Shown: piece by piece, positions 23,655 through 32,760 of the stretch | Layout: each line of letters starts with the position of its first letter | Numbering within the stretch: position 1 is the stretch's first letter | Source: Poseidonia sp. | GTDB taxonomy: Archaea > Thermoplasmatota > Poseidoniia > Poseidoniales > Poseidoniaceae | Length of the DNA: 64,000 nucleotides | Reading direction: 5' to 3' | NCBI GenBank assembly: GCA_049627345.1 | Contig: JBMZXF010000005.1 | Coordinates: 2,514 to 66,513, forward strand | Program-made: the position numbers and the translations under genes | The notes under the pieces: model-generated | The model's database searches: none | Seen by the model: the letters and a program-made list of their open reading frames with translations, nothing else | Told to the model about the DNA's origin: nothing

Positions 23655-25012
23655 ACCACCGATTCTACAGGGCTTCGCTGACGCTCACGTCGGTACCATG
23701 CAGCGGTGTAGGCGGTGGTGGACACCGCCGTCGCCGCACCCCAAAACAACGCTCGCTCAGGTGATGACGAGGCACAGAGAAGCCAACCCCCCAGCAGCAG
23801 GCAAGCGGCCAAACCACCAGCTGTCCGACCTGACGGACCTGCCATGACAAACAGATGGACCACAGGGAAGACGCCACCGGCCACCAACATCGCCGGCAGG
23901 AGGAGCCAACCCCCGTCGGCCATCAGCGCAGCCACCGGCAGGAACAGCATCGTCGCCATGCGAAACCACCACGCTTCCGGGTGGTGAGCAGCATCGAAGC
24001 CAACCATGGGCAAGGCCATGGCCATCACCCCTGCTGTCAGTGCAAGCGCTGCCCAACGCCAACCGGTCAAGGCAGCATCCAAGCCCGTACCGTACACTTC
24101 GACGGCGTTGGCGGTGGTGGAGGTGATGCTCACCAACACGACGCTGGTGATGACGAGGGTCCACATCAACAGGTTGGCTTGACGAGCGGCCGCTGAGTGA
24201 AGGCCCTCGGCCACCGTGGAAAAGGCGTGAGACGTCGCCATGAGGGTCGCATAGACGGCGATGAGGAGGCCCGTGGCCAGTCGACCGTCCGTCATCGGCC
24301 GAGCCCACCAATCGGGCGTCATCACGTCGGTTTGCATCAACAACCACCACGCAACGGCACCCGCCGCTGCGGTCTTCATCAGTGCACGATGGAACAACAA
24401 CCGGGTTTCGCCACTCGACGCCATGCGCGCCGTGGCGCTCATGATCTCTCCAGCCATCATCAACAGGAGGGTGAAGAGAACGGTGGAAACAAACGCCCAC
24501 CAGGGCGCCACCGTGAGCGTGGGGGTCGCAGGGGCCGAGGTCATCGGTTCGTAGGCCGAGGGGGCAAACAACACCATGAGCGTGAGCAACCCCCACCAAC
24601 CTGCGTGGGTCATCATCCGGGATTGGATGGCTTCCTTCGTGGCCAGAGAAGCGCCACGAAGGCTGGGCAACCCGGGCGAGAGCACGGCGAACACCAACAA
24701 CGAGAACAGGGCACCTTCAACAGCGCCCTGACCGGTGAACAAGACCTGCAGTCGAGCCGCCATGCTGGCACCTTGACCCAAGATCAGCGCGACTTCCGGA
24801 TGGGTGGCGTCAAGCCCGATGAGATCGATGGCCCTCGAGAACAGCAGGCCCAAGACCATGACGGGCGGCGTCCAAACGTACAATCGCCTGAACAGCGGGC
24901 GTTGCTCGAGGCTTCGGAGCAGCGAAAACGCCGCCGTCCACGAAAGGCAGGCCAGGAACAGCGCAGGCAGGAACCACGGTGCAGAGGCCGCCAGCATGAC
25001 CGGGAAGGCCAC
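23651..25012 (-). CDS. Polytopic integral membrane protein, function unknown
   Basis: About 12 hydrophobic segments across 453 aa, rich in A/L/G/W. GTG at 25012 or ATG at 24997. Confidence 0.7.
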   Translation of the reverse strand: MAFPVMLAASAPWFLPALFLACLSWTAAFSLLRSLEQRPLFRRLYVWTPPVMVLGLLFSRAIDLIGLDATHPEVALILGQGASMAARLQVLFTGQGAVEGALFSLLVFAVLSPGLPSLRGASLATKEAIQSRMMTHAGWWGLLTLMVLFAPSAYEPMTSAPATPTLTVAPWWAFVSTVLFTLLLMMAGEIMSATARMASSGETRLLFHRALMKTAAAGAVAWWLLMQTDVMTPDWWARPMTDGRLATGLLIAVYATLMATSHAFSTVAEGLHSAAARQANLLMWTLVITSVVLVSITSTTANAVEVYGTGLDAALTGWRWAALALTAGVMAMALPMVGFDAAHHPEAWWFRMATMLFLPVAALMADGGWLLLPAMLVAGGVFPVVHLFVMAGPSGRTAGGLAACLLLGGWLLCASSSPERALFWGAATAVSTTAYTAAWYRRERQRSPVESVV

Positions 25013-25068
25013 GCCTCACCTTTTCATCATGGCGGAAGACCAAAAGCGAGGACGGCCGAGCCCAACCT

Positions 25069-26826
25069 GTGCGAGGGCCAACGGACGCTGCTGAAGAGCG
25101 ACGGGCCTACGCCCAACGCTCCTCCTTGACAGCGCTCGCGCGCCATTTGGGTCGGGACGAAACGAGTTGGTTGGAGACCGCACTTGAGCCACTGCCGGAA
25201 ACATTCCGCATCTCCCTCCACCGAAGCGACCGAGCGTGGACCGTCGAGCAGGTCAAATCCCTCGGAGCGGTCGAACTTCCTTGGATGGGAGATGAAACGG
25301 CCTTCGTCATGCCCTTTGCTCGAGGACGAGCGCCTGAAGGACGAGCGCAGCGAATGATGGCCCTGCTTCACGAAACCGGCCGAATCACGCGCCAAGAAGC
25401 CGCCAGCATGCTCCCCGTGCGGCTGCTCACGACGAACAGTGGTGCGCTTGCCCTTGACATGTGCGCTGCACCCGGCTCAAAAACAACGCAACTCGGCGAA
25501 CGCTTGCATCCAGGCGGCGTGGTCGTGGCCAACGAACCGGTCTCGGGCCGGCTCAACATGTTGGTCAGCAACCGCAGCCGTTTGGGGCTGGCCAACATCG
25601 TGGTCACGCAACACGACGGTCGACACTTCGGACGGCTGCCGCCTCCTGGCTTCGATGCCATTCTTGCCGATGTGCCCTGCACGGGGACGGCCACCACACG
25701 AAAGAACCGAGACGTGTGGTGGGATTGGACGCCCAAGGAGAGTCGGAAGATGTTCAAGATGCAGGTGGACATCACGGTGCGCGGCGCCTCGCTGTTGGTA
25801 CCGGGCGGCCACCTCGTCTATTCCACCTGCAGCATGGACCCGGTGGAAAACGAAGCGGTGGTCGCAGAGGTGCTGCGCCGATGCCCCTACCTCGAACTTG
25901 TTCCGATGACCCTCGACGGCATTGAGCTCCATCCCGGTTTGACCGCATGGCCCGCGCTGAACGAGGATGGCGAGCCTGTGCCGCTGCCCGAGACGAAGGA
26001 CCTGCCGTTCTTCCAGCCCGAACACCTGGCTCCCAGCGACCGCCTCACCCTTGGCGTCGGCGATGAGGGGCAGGAAGCAGCGGTGGAATCCCAACTCCCC
26101 CGCTGCCTGCGATTGTGGCACGACGACAACAACACGGGTGGGTTCTTTGTCGCACAGTTCAGACACGTGTCCGAAGGGGAAGAAACCGTCGCCAAGGCCT
26201 ACCGTTCGCGCCGTGCGACGCGCCACGACAGCGATTGGACGCCCACCGTCAAGGCGCCCCCGAAGCCAACCTCCAACTCCGTTGTCAAGGCCCAGGCTGA
26301 GGTCGTTCAACTCGTGGAATCCATGTACGGCATCGACTTCAGTGGCTCTTCGATGTGGCAGCGCGGAAAACGACTCAACGTTGCACCACCGATGGTGCAC
26401 GAGCGATTGTTCAAGCCGCCTTCACCCACCAACAAGGGCGACGTATGGGGTGGCGATTCCTTCCACCCCGTGAGGGTGGTGCACGCCGGTCTCCCGGCCT
26501 TTACCCTCAAGAAAAATTCGTGGCGCTCCCGTCAGGAAGCGCTGTACGTCTACGGTAACCAATTCGAGAACAACGTCGCCACCGTGACCCCTGAGGTGTT
26601 CGTTCGACTTCTTCGCGGTTGGGCGCCGCTGCTCGAGGAGTTCGCCGGAGAAACCAACCTCGACAACCTTCCTGCCGGTGCCTTCCTGTTGCGAAGTTCA
26701 CTGCCCTGGGGCACGGAAACCATCTCGGTGTGGATCGGGGCTCGAATCACGCTGATGATCGACGTGAACGAACAAAACATCCTCCGCTACAAGCTCGACC
26801 TCCCCTGGCGGGACGAGGAGGAATGA
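25069..26826 (+). CDS. NOL1/NOP2/Sun-family RNA (cytosine-C5) methyltransferase
   Basis: DMCAAPGSKTTQL (SAM motif I), ILADVPCTGTATTRKN (motif IV Pro-Cys), LVYSTCSMDPVENE (motif VI Thr-Cys). GTG start. Confidence 0.9.
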   Translation: MRGPTDAAEERRAYAQRSSLTALARHLGRDETSWLETALEPLPETFRISLHRSDRAWTVEQVKSLGAVELPWMGDETAFVMPFARGRAPEGRAQRMMALLHETGRITRQEAASMLPVRLLTTNSGALALDMCAAPGSKTTQLGERLHPGGVVVANEPVSGRLNMLVSNRSRLGLANIVVTQHDGRHFGRLPPPGFDAILADVPCTGTATTRKNRDVWWDWTPKESRKMFKMQVDITVRGASLLVPGGHLVYSTCSMDPVENEAVVAEVLRRCPYLELVPMTLDGIELHPGLTAWPALNEDGEPVPLPETKDLPFFQPEHLAPSDRLTLGVGDEGQEAAVESQLPRCLRLWHDDNNTGGFFVAQFRHVSEGEETVAKAYRSRRATRHDSDWTPTVKAPPKPTSNSVVKAQAEVVQLVESMYGIDFSGSSMWQRGKRLNVAPPMVHERLFKPPSPTNKGDVWGGDSFHPVRVVHAGLPAFTLKKNSWRSRQEALYVYGNQFENNVATVTPEVFVRLLRGWAPLLEEFAGETNLDNLPAGAFLLRSSLPWGTETISVWIGARITLMIDVNEQNILRYKLDLPWRDEEE

Positions 26827-27965
26827 ACGTGCATCGAACCATGCTGTGGTTGGTGCTGACGCTCTTGGTACTCCCCGGTGCGTTTGCAGCAGAGCAACCG
26901 TGGGCCATCCATGCCACCGTTGAACTGCAACCCAGCACGGCGGATGGGTTGGAAGAAGTCTACGTGCCATCTTCCCTCGACAACCTTCCCGAAGCCAACG
27001 AAGGCCTGGTTCGCTGGACGTGGTGGTCGTGGAGCGATGAAACCGGCTCGAGCTGGCCGGACGATGATGCACTCTACCGGGCGTCGAGTCGCAACCTCTC
27101 CGTGGAGGCGAACCAGACCGGCGCGACGGTGGAGATGCATGCACTTCCCACGACGTCCATGGTTGAGGTCACGGGCGAGGTCAAGGTGGTTTCTGCAGAG
27201 GACGGCGCACGAATGGTGGCGTTTGACCTCGAGGTCATGCCACTGTTCAACTTGAGCAATCACACCATTCTCTACGTGGTTCTGACCGAGGACCGTGCGG
27301 CTGACCAACACCAGCGGCAAGCGAATCACCTCGTTCGTGAACTTCGCCCGGAGGTTGGGTTTTCCGTGAAAGCCAACACCAGCACGCCCTTCGTTTCCAT
27401 GCTTCCTGCCGACCACCTCGAGGCGGCCGGCGTGGACCTGATGGAGGTCCCGACCGGTTGGTCCTACACCGTGGCGGTGTTTGGCGCAGGAGCGGACGAA
27501 GACAACGAAAGCCGATTGCTTTGGATGGCTCACGACAGGCTCCCCTCACCGCAACAGAGCGTCAGTCCAACCCAAACCTGGACGCCGTTGCTGCTCACCG
27601 CCGTCACAGCGGTCATTGCCGTCTCCATCATCGGTGCTCTCCGGCAGCGGGAACAAGCCATTCCGAACCTCCAAGCGACATGGTCAACCGAGGAACCCCT
27701 GCAGGTCCAGGTTCGCCTCCAAGCCGGCACCCGCCCGTTCAAGATCACCGCTTGGACGGTCAGCGAACCTTGGCAGTTCAAAGGTCGCCCCTCAAGATTG
27801 GAACTCAAGGCCGGCGAGAACACGCAAACTACGGTCTTGTTCCGGGAGGCGATGGACCAGGACGTCCACATTGACGTGGCCATTGAGATCGAAGACTTTG
27901 GAGCGTGGAAGCAACACCTGTGGTTGAGTGTGCACCCCTCAGAGGGAACCAAGACCTCACGGTGA
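26823..27965 (+). CDS. Secreted/membrane protein, function unknown
   Basis: ATG at 26823 overlaps the upstream stop (ATGA). Signal peptide MNVHRTMLWLVLTLLVLPGAFAAEQ and a TM WTPLLLTAVTAVIAVSIIGAL near residue 300. Confidence 0.7.
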   Translation: MNVHRTMLWLVLTLLVLPGAFAAEQPWAIHATVELQPSTADGLEEVYVPSSLDNLPEANEGLVRWTWWSWSDETGSSWPDDDALYRASSRNLSVEANQTGATVEMHALPTTSMVEVTGEVKVVSAEDGARMVAFDLEVMPLFNLSNHTILYVVLTEDRAADQHQRQANHLVRELRPEVGFSVKANTSTPFVSMLPADHLEAAGVDLMEVPTGWSYTVAVFGAGADEDNESRLLWMAHDRLPSPQQSVSPTQTWTPLLLTAVTAVIAVSIIGALRQREQAIPNLQATWSTEEPLQVQVRLQAGTRPFKITAWTVSEPWQFKGRPSRLELKAGENTQTTVLFREAMDQDVHIDVAIEIEDFGAWKQHLWLSVHPSEGTKTSR

Positions 27966-27999
27966 AGGGTTGAAGGCCTGCGTGGACCTCAGGTCAACC

Positions 28000-28458
28000 A
28001 TGGACTTGGACGCCACCGACCGTGCCTTGTTGATGCTGCTCAGCGAAGACGCCCGTGTCAGCCACCGTTCGCTTGCACGAACCCTTGGCTTGGCCCAAGG
28101 AACGGTGACCAACCGCATTCGTCGTCTCGAAGACGAAGGGGTCATTGAGGGGTATCGGGTGGCCCTCAACCCGACCCAACTCGGATGGTCGATGACCATC
28201 ATGGCTGGCCTACGGATTCAGAAAGGACGCATGATTGACGTGCAGCAGAAAATTTCTGCAGACCCTCGTGTGTTTGCCGTGTACGATGTTACTGGTGACT
28301 GGGATTCCATCGTCCTCGCTCGCGTCAGGGACCGAGCCGACCTCGACAACCTGACCAAGACCGTCTTCACGCTGGACGGCGTTTCACGCTCGTACACCCA
28401 CGTTGTGCTTAACACGGTGAAGGAAGAGGCCTTTCCTTCGTTGGTCAGCGAAGATTGA
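28000..28458 (+). CDS. lrp: Lrp/AsnC-family transcriptional regulator
   Basis: ATG at 28000. DRALLMLLSEDARVSHRSLARTLGLAQGTVTNRIRRLEDEGVI (HTH) plus a RAM domain (VFAVYDVTGDWDSIVLARV). Confidence 0.9.
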   Translation: MDLDATDRALLMLLSEDARVSHRSLARTLGLAQGTVTNRIRRLEDEGVIEGYRVALNPTQLGWSMTIMAGLRIQKGRMIDVQQKISADPRVFAVYDVTGDWDSIVLARVRDRADLDNLTKTVFTLDGVSRSYTHVVLNTVKEEAFPSLVSED

Positions 28459-28939
28459 GTTCCTCGTCGTACATATCAATCAGCGGACCAAGCACCTCCG
28501 CAAGACCGGACAAGCCTTCCACCACCCGCGTCTCAGGCTTCAGGCAGCGCATCAGCGTTGAGCGAAGCTGTTCGTCAAACCGAACATCGAGCGACTCGAG
28601 GTTTCGTCGAATGTTGGCTTGAAGGCGTCCACCCGTGCGGTCCCAATCCATGAACACGATGACGCTCGGGCCACCGTCCTTCTCGCTGCGCCGACCGTAG
28701 GTCTCAACAAGGTACACCAGCACATCATCCACCGGCCAACCGCGGTTCAAGACCTCAACCGCACCACTGAACCCCAGCCGTTCCAAGGCCTCTCGGTCTC
28801 GTCGACCTTCAACCAACATCACAGCGCCCGCGCTTCGATTACGCTGTCGGGCGTGGGCCAACGCTTGGGCCGCTTGGTGCCAACGCTCCTCGGCGTTGGA
28901 CGACCCTCGGCCCAATCCGTGGAAGGAATCCGCCGTCAT
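28445..28939 (-). CDS. Toprim-domain protein (COG1658 / UPF0292-like)
   Basis: VMLVEGRRDREALERLGF (Toprim Glu) and VIVFMDWDRTGGRL (DxD). Confidence 0.75.
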   Translation of the reverse strand: MTADSFHGLGRGSSNAEERWHQAAQALAHARQRNRSAGAVMLVEGRRDREALERLGFSGAVEVLNRGWPVDDVLVYLVETYGRRSEKDGGPSVIVFMDWDRTGGRLQANIRRNLESLDVRFDEQLRSTLMRCLKPETRVVEGLSGLAEVLGPLIDMYDEELNLR

Positions 28940-29259
28940 GGTTGGTCATCTCCAAAGGGTTCCAGCAGCGTGGTGAGTTCGCCGACCGAAAGCCCCTCAA
29001 CGCGGACCGATTTCAACCTTGAGCGTTGGCCGTTGGTGATGGAGAGGGTGGACGGATCAAGCCGGAGTTGGGTCGCCAGGACATGGATGACGGCTCGGTT
29101 GGCTTGGCCCGCTTTCGCGACGGCCTTGACGGCGACGGACACGCGGGAGCGCCACGGATTGAACCCCGTGATGCCCTGAACCTTCGCACCGGGTTGAACC
29201 TCAATGTCCATGAGAACCGCACCGTCCAACGTCTCAGAAAGAGAGGAACGAACGGCCAT
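28936..29259 (-). CDS. DUF167 / YggU-family (UPF0235) protein
   Basis: ATG at 29259. IEVQPGAKVQGITG......VAVKAVAKAGQANRAVIHVLATQL....LSITNGQRSRLKSVRVEG follows the YggU pattern (V.PGAK...APP..G.AN.A....LA......I..G..SR.K...I.G). Its stop overlaps the Toprim gene start by 4 nt. Confidence 0.8.
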   Translation of the reverse strand: MAVRSSLSETLDGAVLMDIEVQPGAKVQGITGFNPWRSRVSVAVKAVAKAGQANRAVIHVLATQLRLDPSTLSITNGQRSRLKSVRVEGLSVGELTTLLEPFGDDQP

Positions 29260-29473
29260 AATGAACACTCGCCGCGGGGGGTTCAAGTAGCATCGCCCGG
29301 ATGGTTTCGGCGAGGCTGGGTTGGGTGCGAGAAGCGTTCAATTTCGACACGAAAAAATCGCGAAAAAAACGCGCACCGTGGCCCCATGTGATGGTTGAAA
29401 CACAGGAGCGTTCTAACCCCCATCAAGCAACGCTTAAGGGGGGGCTACACGGCCGGTCAAACAGGGTGGTTGC

Positions 29474-30457
29474 ATGGTAGCAGAAGATACGGTATTTGCT
29501 GTTCTCTATGATAAGTTCATGTTTTGGTCCATTCTGGTCGGCATCTTCACGTTCGGCTGGTTGTTTTTGGCCATGCTTCGCTACCGAGAAGGCGTTGAGC
29601 CCGATACCACTCACGTTGACCACATCGAAGTCGGTTCGTTCCCGGTCGACCGGCACAACACCAAACTCGAGGTCTTCTTCTACGTCCTGCCCACCGTGAT
29701 CGTGGCGTGGCTCATCGTCCTCGCCCTCTCCTCCAACACGGCCGTCTGGGTCATTCCCGGCGAAGATGACGCTCACGACATGAAGATCATCGGCAAGCAG
29801 TGGTTCTGGGAATACGAGTACAAGGACGCCTTGACCTGGGAAGACGACCCCGCCATCACCGGCATTGACGTCGACTGGAGCGGTACCGCTCTGACCGTTT
29901 CAAGCACCAACGCCGCAGCGGTCAACGTGTCCATCCAAAAGGGCGCAGATGCGCTTCCAAGCACCTCCCTTGACACGGTCACGGGCGAAGCGCTCGCCGA
30001 AGTGACCTTTGACCCGTACAAGCATTCCATCGTCGAAGTGACCGACGCAGACGGCAACGTGCTCCACACGTGGATGCACATTCCACGGCAGCACGTGTTC
30101 TCCTCAGCCCTTGGTGAAGACATGATTCTCCCGTGCGATGAAGCCGTCGTGTTCGAGATGCACTCCGCTCCCTCCGACGACTCCAACCCCAACTACATCG
30201 GTGTCCAGCACTCGTTCTGGCTCCCTGAATGGGGCGTGAAGGAAGACTTGGTTCCCGGCATCGAAGGTGGCACCTACATGACCATCACCGCCGACGACCC
30301 TGGCACCTTCCCCATCCGTTGTGCAGAATACTGTGGCAACCAGCACTCCATGATGATCGGTCAGGTGAAGATCGTGGCCGCCGAGGGTACGGACTGTGCC
30401 GTTGATACCGGCGTCAAAAAGAGCGGTGAATCCCCGCCTGCTGGAGGTGCGTACTGA
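29474..30457 (+). CDS. coxB: Cytochrome c oxidase subunit II (CuA cupredoxin) with internal insertion
   Basis: Two N-terminal TM helices, GKQWFWEYEY, VQHSFWLPEWGVKED and the CuA site CAEYCGNQHSMM. Confidence 0.9.
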   Translation: MVAEDTVFAVLYDKFMFWSILVGIFTFGWLFLAMLRYREGVEPDTTHVDHIEVGSFPVDRHNTKLEVFFYVLPTVIVAWLIVLALSSNTAVWVIPGEDDAHDMKIIGKQWFWEYEYKDALTWEDDPAITGIDVDWSGTALTVSSTNAAAVNVSIQKGADALPSTSLDTVTGEALAEVTFDPYKHSIVEVTDADGNVLHTWMHIPRQHVFSSALGEDMILPCDEAVVFEMHSAPSDDSNPNYIGVQHSFWLPEWGVKEDLVPGIEGGTYMTITADDPGTFPIRCAEYCGNQHSMMIGQVKIVAAEGTDCAVDTGVKKSGESPPAGGAY

Positions 30458-32760
30458 TGCGCGGCCGCGCCACCCTCCTGCTCGGCGTCTTGCTCGTCGC
30501 CCTCATGGCCGCACCGCAATTCACGGCTGCCCCGGGCGGTATCGGTGCTGCAGGCGACCAAGGCTGCACCTGCCACGGCGGTGCATCGCCCGACACGACC
30601 GTCATCGTCGACGGCTTGCCAACGACCTACAACGCCAGCGAGACCTACACCTTCACCGTGACCGTCCAGAACGATGTCATGGAAATCAATGAGGTTGATT
30701 GGAACGGCCGCGCTGGCGGTTTCCGCATCCTTGTTTCCCACGGCGACATCGTTGCCGTTCCCGATTCGCTGAGCCAAATGATGGACGGCGGCCTCACGCA
30801 CACTGACGAGGCCAACACCGTCCGCTCGTGGACCTTTGAGTGGACCGCTCCCGCGGCCGACGACCTCAACGTCGAGATGACCATTTACGGCAACGCTGTG
30901 AACGGCGGCAACGGTGCCGGCGGCGACCACTGGAACGTGGCCACAGCCTCCATCGCTGGCATCAACGCCGGCGCGGTCGCCCCAAGCGCCAGCGCTCTGG
31001 TCATCTTTGTCACCTCCATCGGTCTGGCCGCCGGACTCATCTTCACCGGCATCCTCTGGGTGTTCTACCGACGCTCCCCCGAGACCTTCACCATGGAGAA
31101 GTTCTGGGGCTTCCTCAAGCCATGGTTGACCACGACCGACCACAAGGAAGTTGGTATCATGTACTTCCTGTTCGGGTTCTTCTTCTTCCTCGTTGGTGGG
31201 TTGTTGGCGCTGCTGTTCCGCATTCAGTTGGCCCTCCCCGAGAACGACTTCTTGACCTACGACGAGTACAACTCCTTCTTCACGCTGCACGGCACGACGA
31301 TGATTTTCCTCGCCGCCATGCCCATGATTGCCGGATTCATGAACTACGTCCTGCCGCTCCAGATCGGTGCCAAGGACTTGGCCTTCCCCCGCATCAACGC
31401 CATGGGTCTGTGGTTGCTCGTCTTCTCCGCACCGCTCATCTTTACCGGCGTCTTTTCGGGCGAAGGTGCTGACATCACGTGGGTCATGTACCCGCCCTAC
31501 TCCTCGCTCAACGAGGCGAACTTGGGCTCCACGCTCGCTGATTACGGTTCCAACCCCGGTACGACGGCGTTCATCTCGGGCATGCTCATGCTCGGTGCGT
31601 CCTCGACCTTGGGTGGTGTGAACTTCATCACCACCGTGTTTACGATGCGAGCACCTGGTGTTACTTGGATGAAGATGCCCCTGTTCACCTGGTCGGTCTT
31701 CATCAGCGTGTTCATGCTCTTCATGTCCCTGCCTGCCCTCATCATCGGCGTGGCCTTCCTGCTGTTTGACCACACCATTGGAACGCAGTTCTTCGTGGCT
31801 GGCGGCGACCCGTTGCTCTTCCAGCACCTGTTCTGGTTCTTTGGCCACCCCGAAGTGTACGTGGTCATTGTGCCGGCCTTCGGTATCGTTTCCGAAGTCC
31901 TCGCCACCTCAGCTCGACGATCCATCTTCGGCTACAAGTCGATGGTGTTCGCCATGGCCGGTATCGGCATCGTCGGTTTCATCGTCTGGGGCCACCACAT
32001 GCTGACCTCGGGTATGGACCCGTTCTGGCGTGCCCTGTTCATGATCATGACCATGCTCGTTGCCATTCCGACCGGTGCGAAAATCTTCAACTGGCTGGCC
32101 ACCCTTTGGGGCGGTTCGCTCGTCATGAAGACCCACACCCTGTGGTCGCTGGGCTTCCTGGTCACCTTTACCCTTGGCGGTATCTCGGGCATGTTCTTCC
32201 CCGTGGCCGGTCTTGACATCCACTTCCACGACTCGTACTTCGTCGTAGCGCACTTCCACTACGTGTTCATCGGCGGTACCGTCTTCGCGCTGTTCTCTGC
32301 CGTCTACTACTGGTACCCCAAGGCCACCGGTCGAAAACTGAACGAGACCCTCGGCCTCTGGCACTTCCTCATCGGCTTTGCTTCCTACAATGCAGCCTTC
32401 TGGCCCATGCACGCCCTCGGTATCATGGGGATGCCTCGACGAACCCACACCTACACCATTGAGTCCGGCTTTGCCGAGTACAACATGGCGGTGTCCACCT
32501 TTGCCTTCATCTTCGGGATCAGCCAGCTCCTGCTGGTGTGGAACATCCTCTACTCGGCTCGCCGTGGCGAACCTGTGGGCAAGGACCCCTGGGGCGGATG
32601 GTCGCTCGAGTGGTCCACCACTTCACCACCGCCAACCCCGTCGTTCCACGACATTCCAACGCAGCACGACATGAACGAGGAGTTCGGCCACCACAAGCAC
32701 GACGGCCCGTCCCTCAAAGAGAAACTGTGGTCTGCTGAAGCGAAGGGGGCGGAAGAATGA
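30457..32760 (+). CDS. coxA: Cytochrome c oxidase subunit I (A-type) fused to a 212-aa N-terminal extracytoplasmic domain
   Basis: The canonical part runs from 31093: WLTTTDHKEVGIMY, WFFGHPEVYV, WGHHMLTSG, HFHYVFIGG. The N-terminal extension has a signal/TM segment, GDQGCTCHGG, and a second TM. The ATG overlaps the coxB stop (TGATG). Confidence 0.95.
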   Translation: MRGRATLLLGVLLVALMAAPQFTAAPGGIGAAGDQGCTCHGGASPDTTVIVDGLPTTYNASETYTFTVTVQNDVMEINEVDWNGRAGGFRILVSHGDIVAVPDSLSQMMDGGLTHTDEANTVRSWTFEWTAPAADDLNVEMTIYGNAVNGGNGAGGDHWNVATASIAGINAGAVAPSASALVIFVTSIGLAAGLIFTGILWVFYRRSPETFTMEKFWGFLKPWLTTTDHKEVGIMYFLFGFFFFLVGGLLALLFRIQLALPENDFLTYDEYNSFFTLHGTTMIFLAAMPMIAGFMNYVLPLQIGAKDLAFPRINAMGLWLLVFSAPLIFTGVFSGEGADITWVMYPPYSSLNEANLGSTLADYGSNPGTTAFISGMLMLGASSTLGGVNFITTVFTMRAPGVTWMKMPLFTWSVFISVFMLFMSLPALIIGVAFLLFDHTIGTQFFVAGGDPLLFQHLFWFFGHPEVYVVIVPAFGIVSEVLATSARRSIFGYKSMVFAMAGIGIVGFIVWGHHMLTSGMDPFWRALFMIMTMLVAIPTGAKIFNWLATLWGGSLVMKTHTLWSLGFLVTFTLGGISGMFFPVAGLDIHFHDSYFVVAHFHYVFIGGTVFALFSAVYYWYPKATGRKLNETLGLWHFLIGFASYNAAFWPMHALGIMGMPRRTHTYTIESGFAEYNMAVSTFAFIFGISQLLLVWNILYSARRGEPVGKDPWGGWSLEWSTTSPPPTPSFHDIPTQHDMNEEFGHHKHDGPSLKEKLWSAEAKGAEE

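Noticed and set aside
30555-30570. CTCH in the CoxA N-terminal domain as a heme c attachment site
   Set aside because: Covalent heme c needs CXXCH (rarely CXXXCH or CXXCK). This is C-x-C-H, so no cytochrome c claim is made, only a possible metal site.
30361-31848. A 495-aa minus-strand ORF
   Set aside because: It is antisense to coxA, whose heme-copper motifs are unambiguous.
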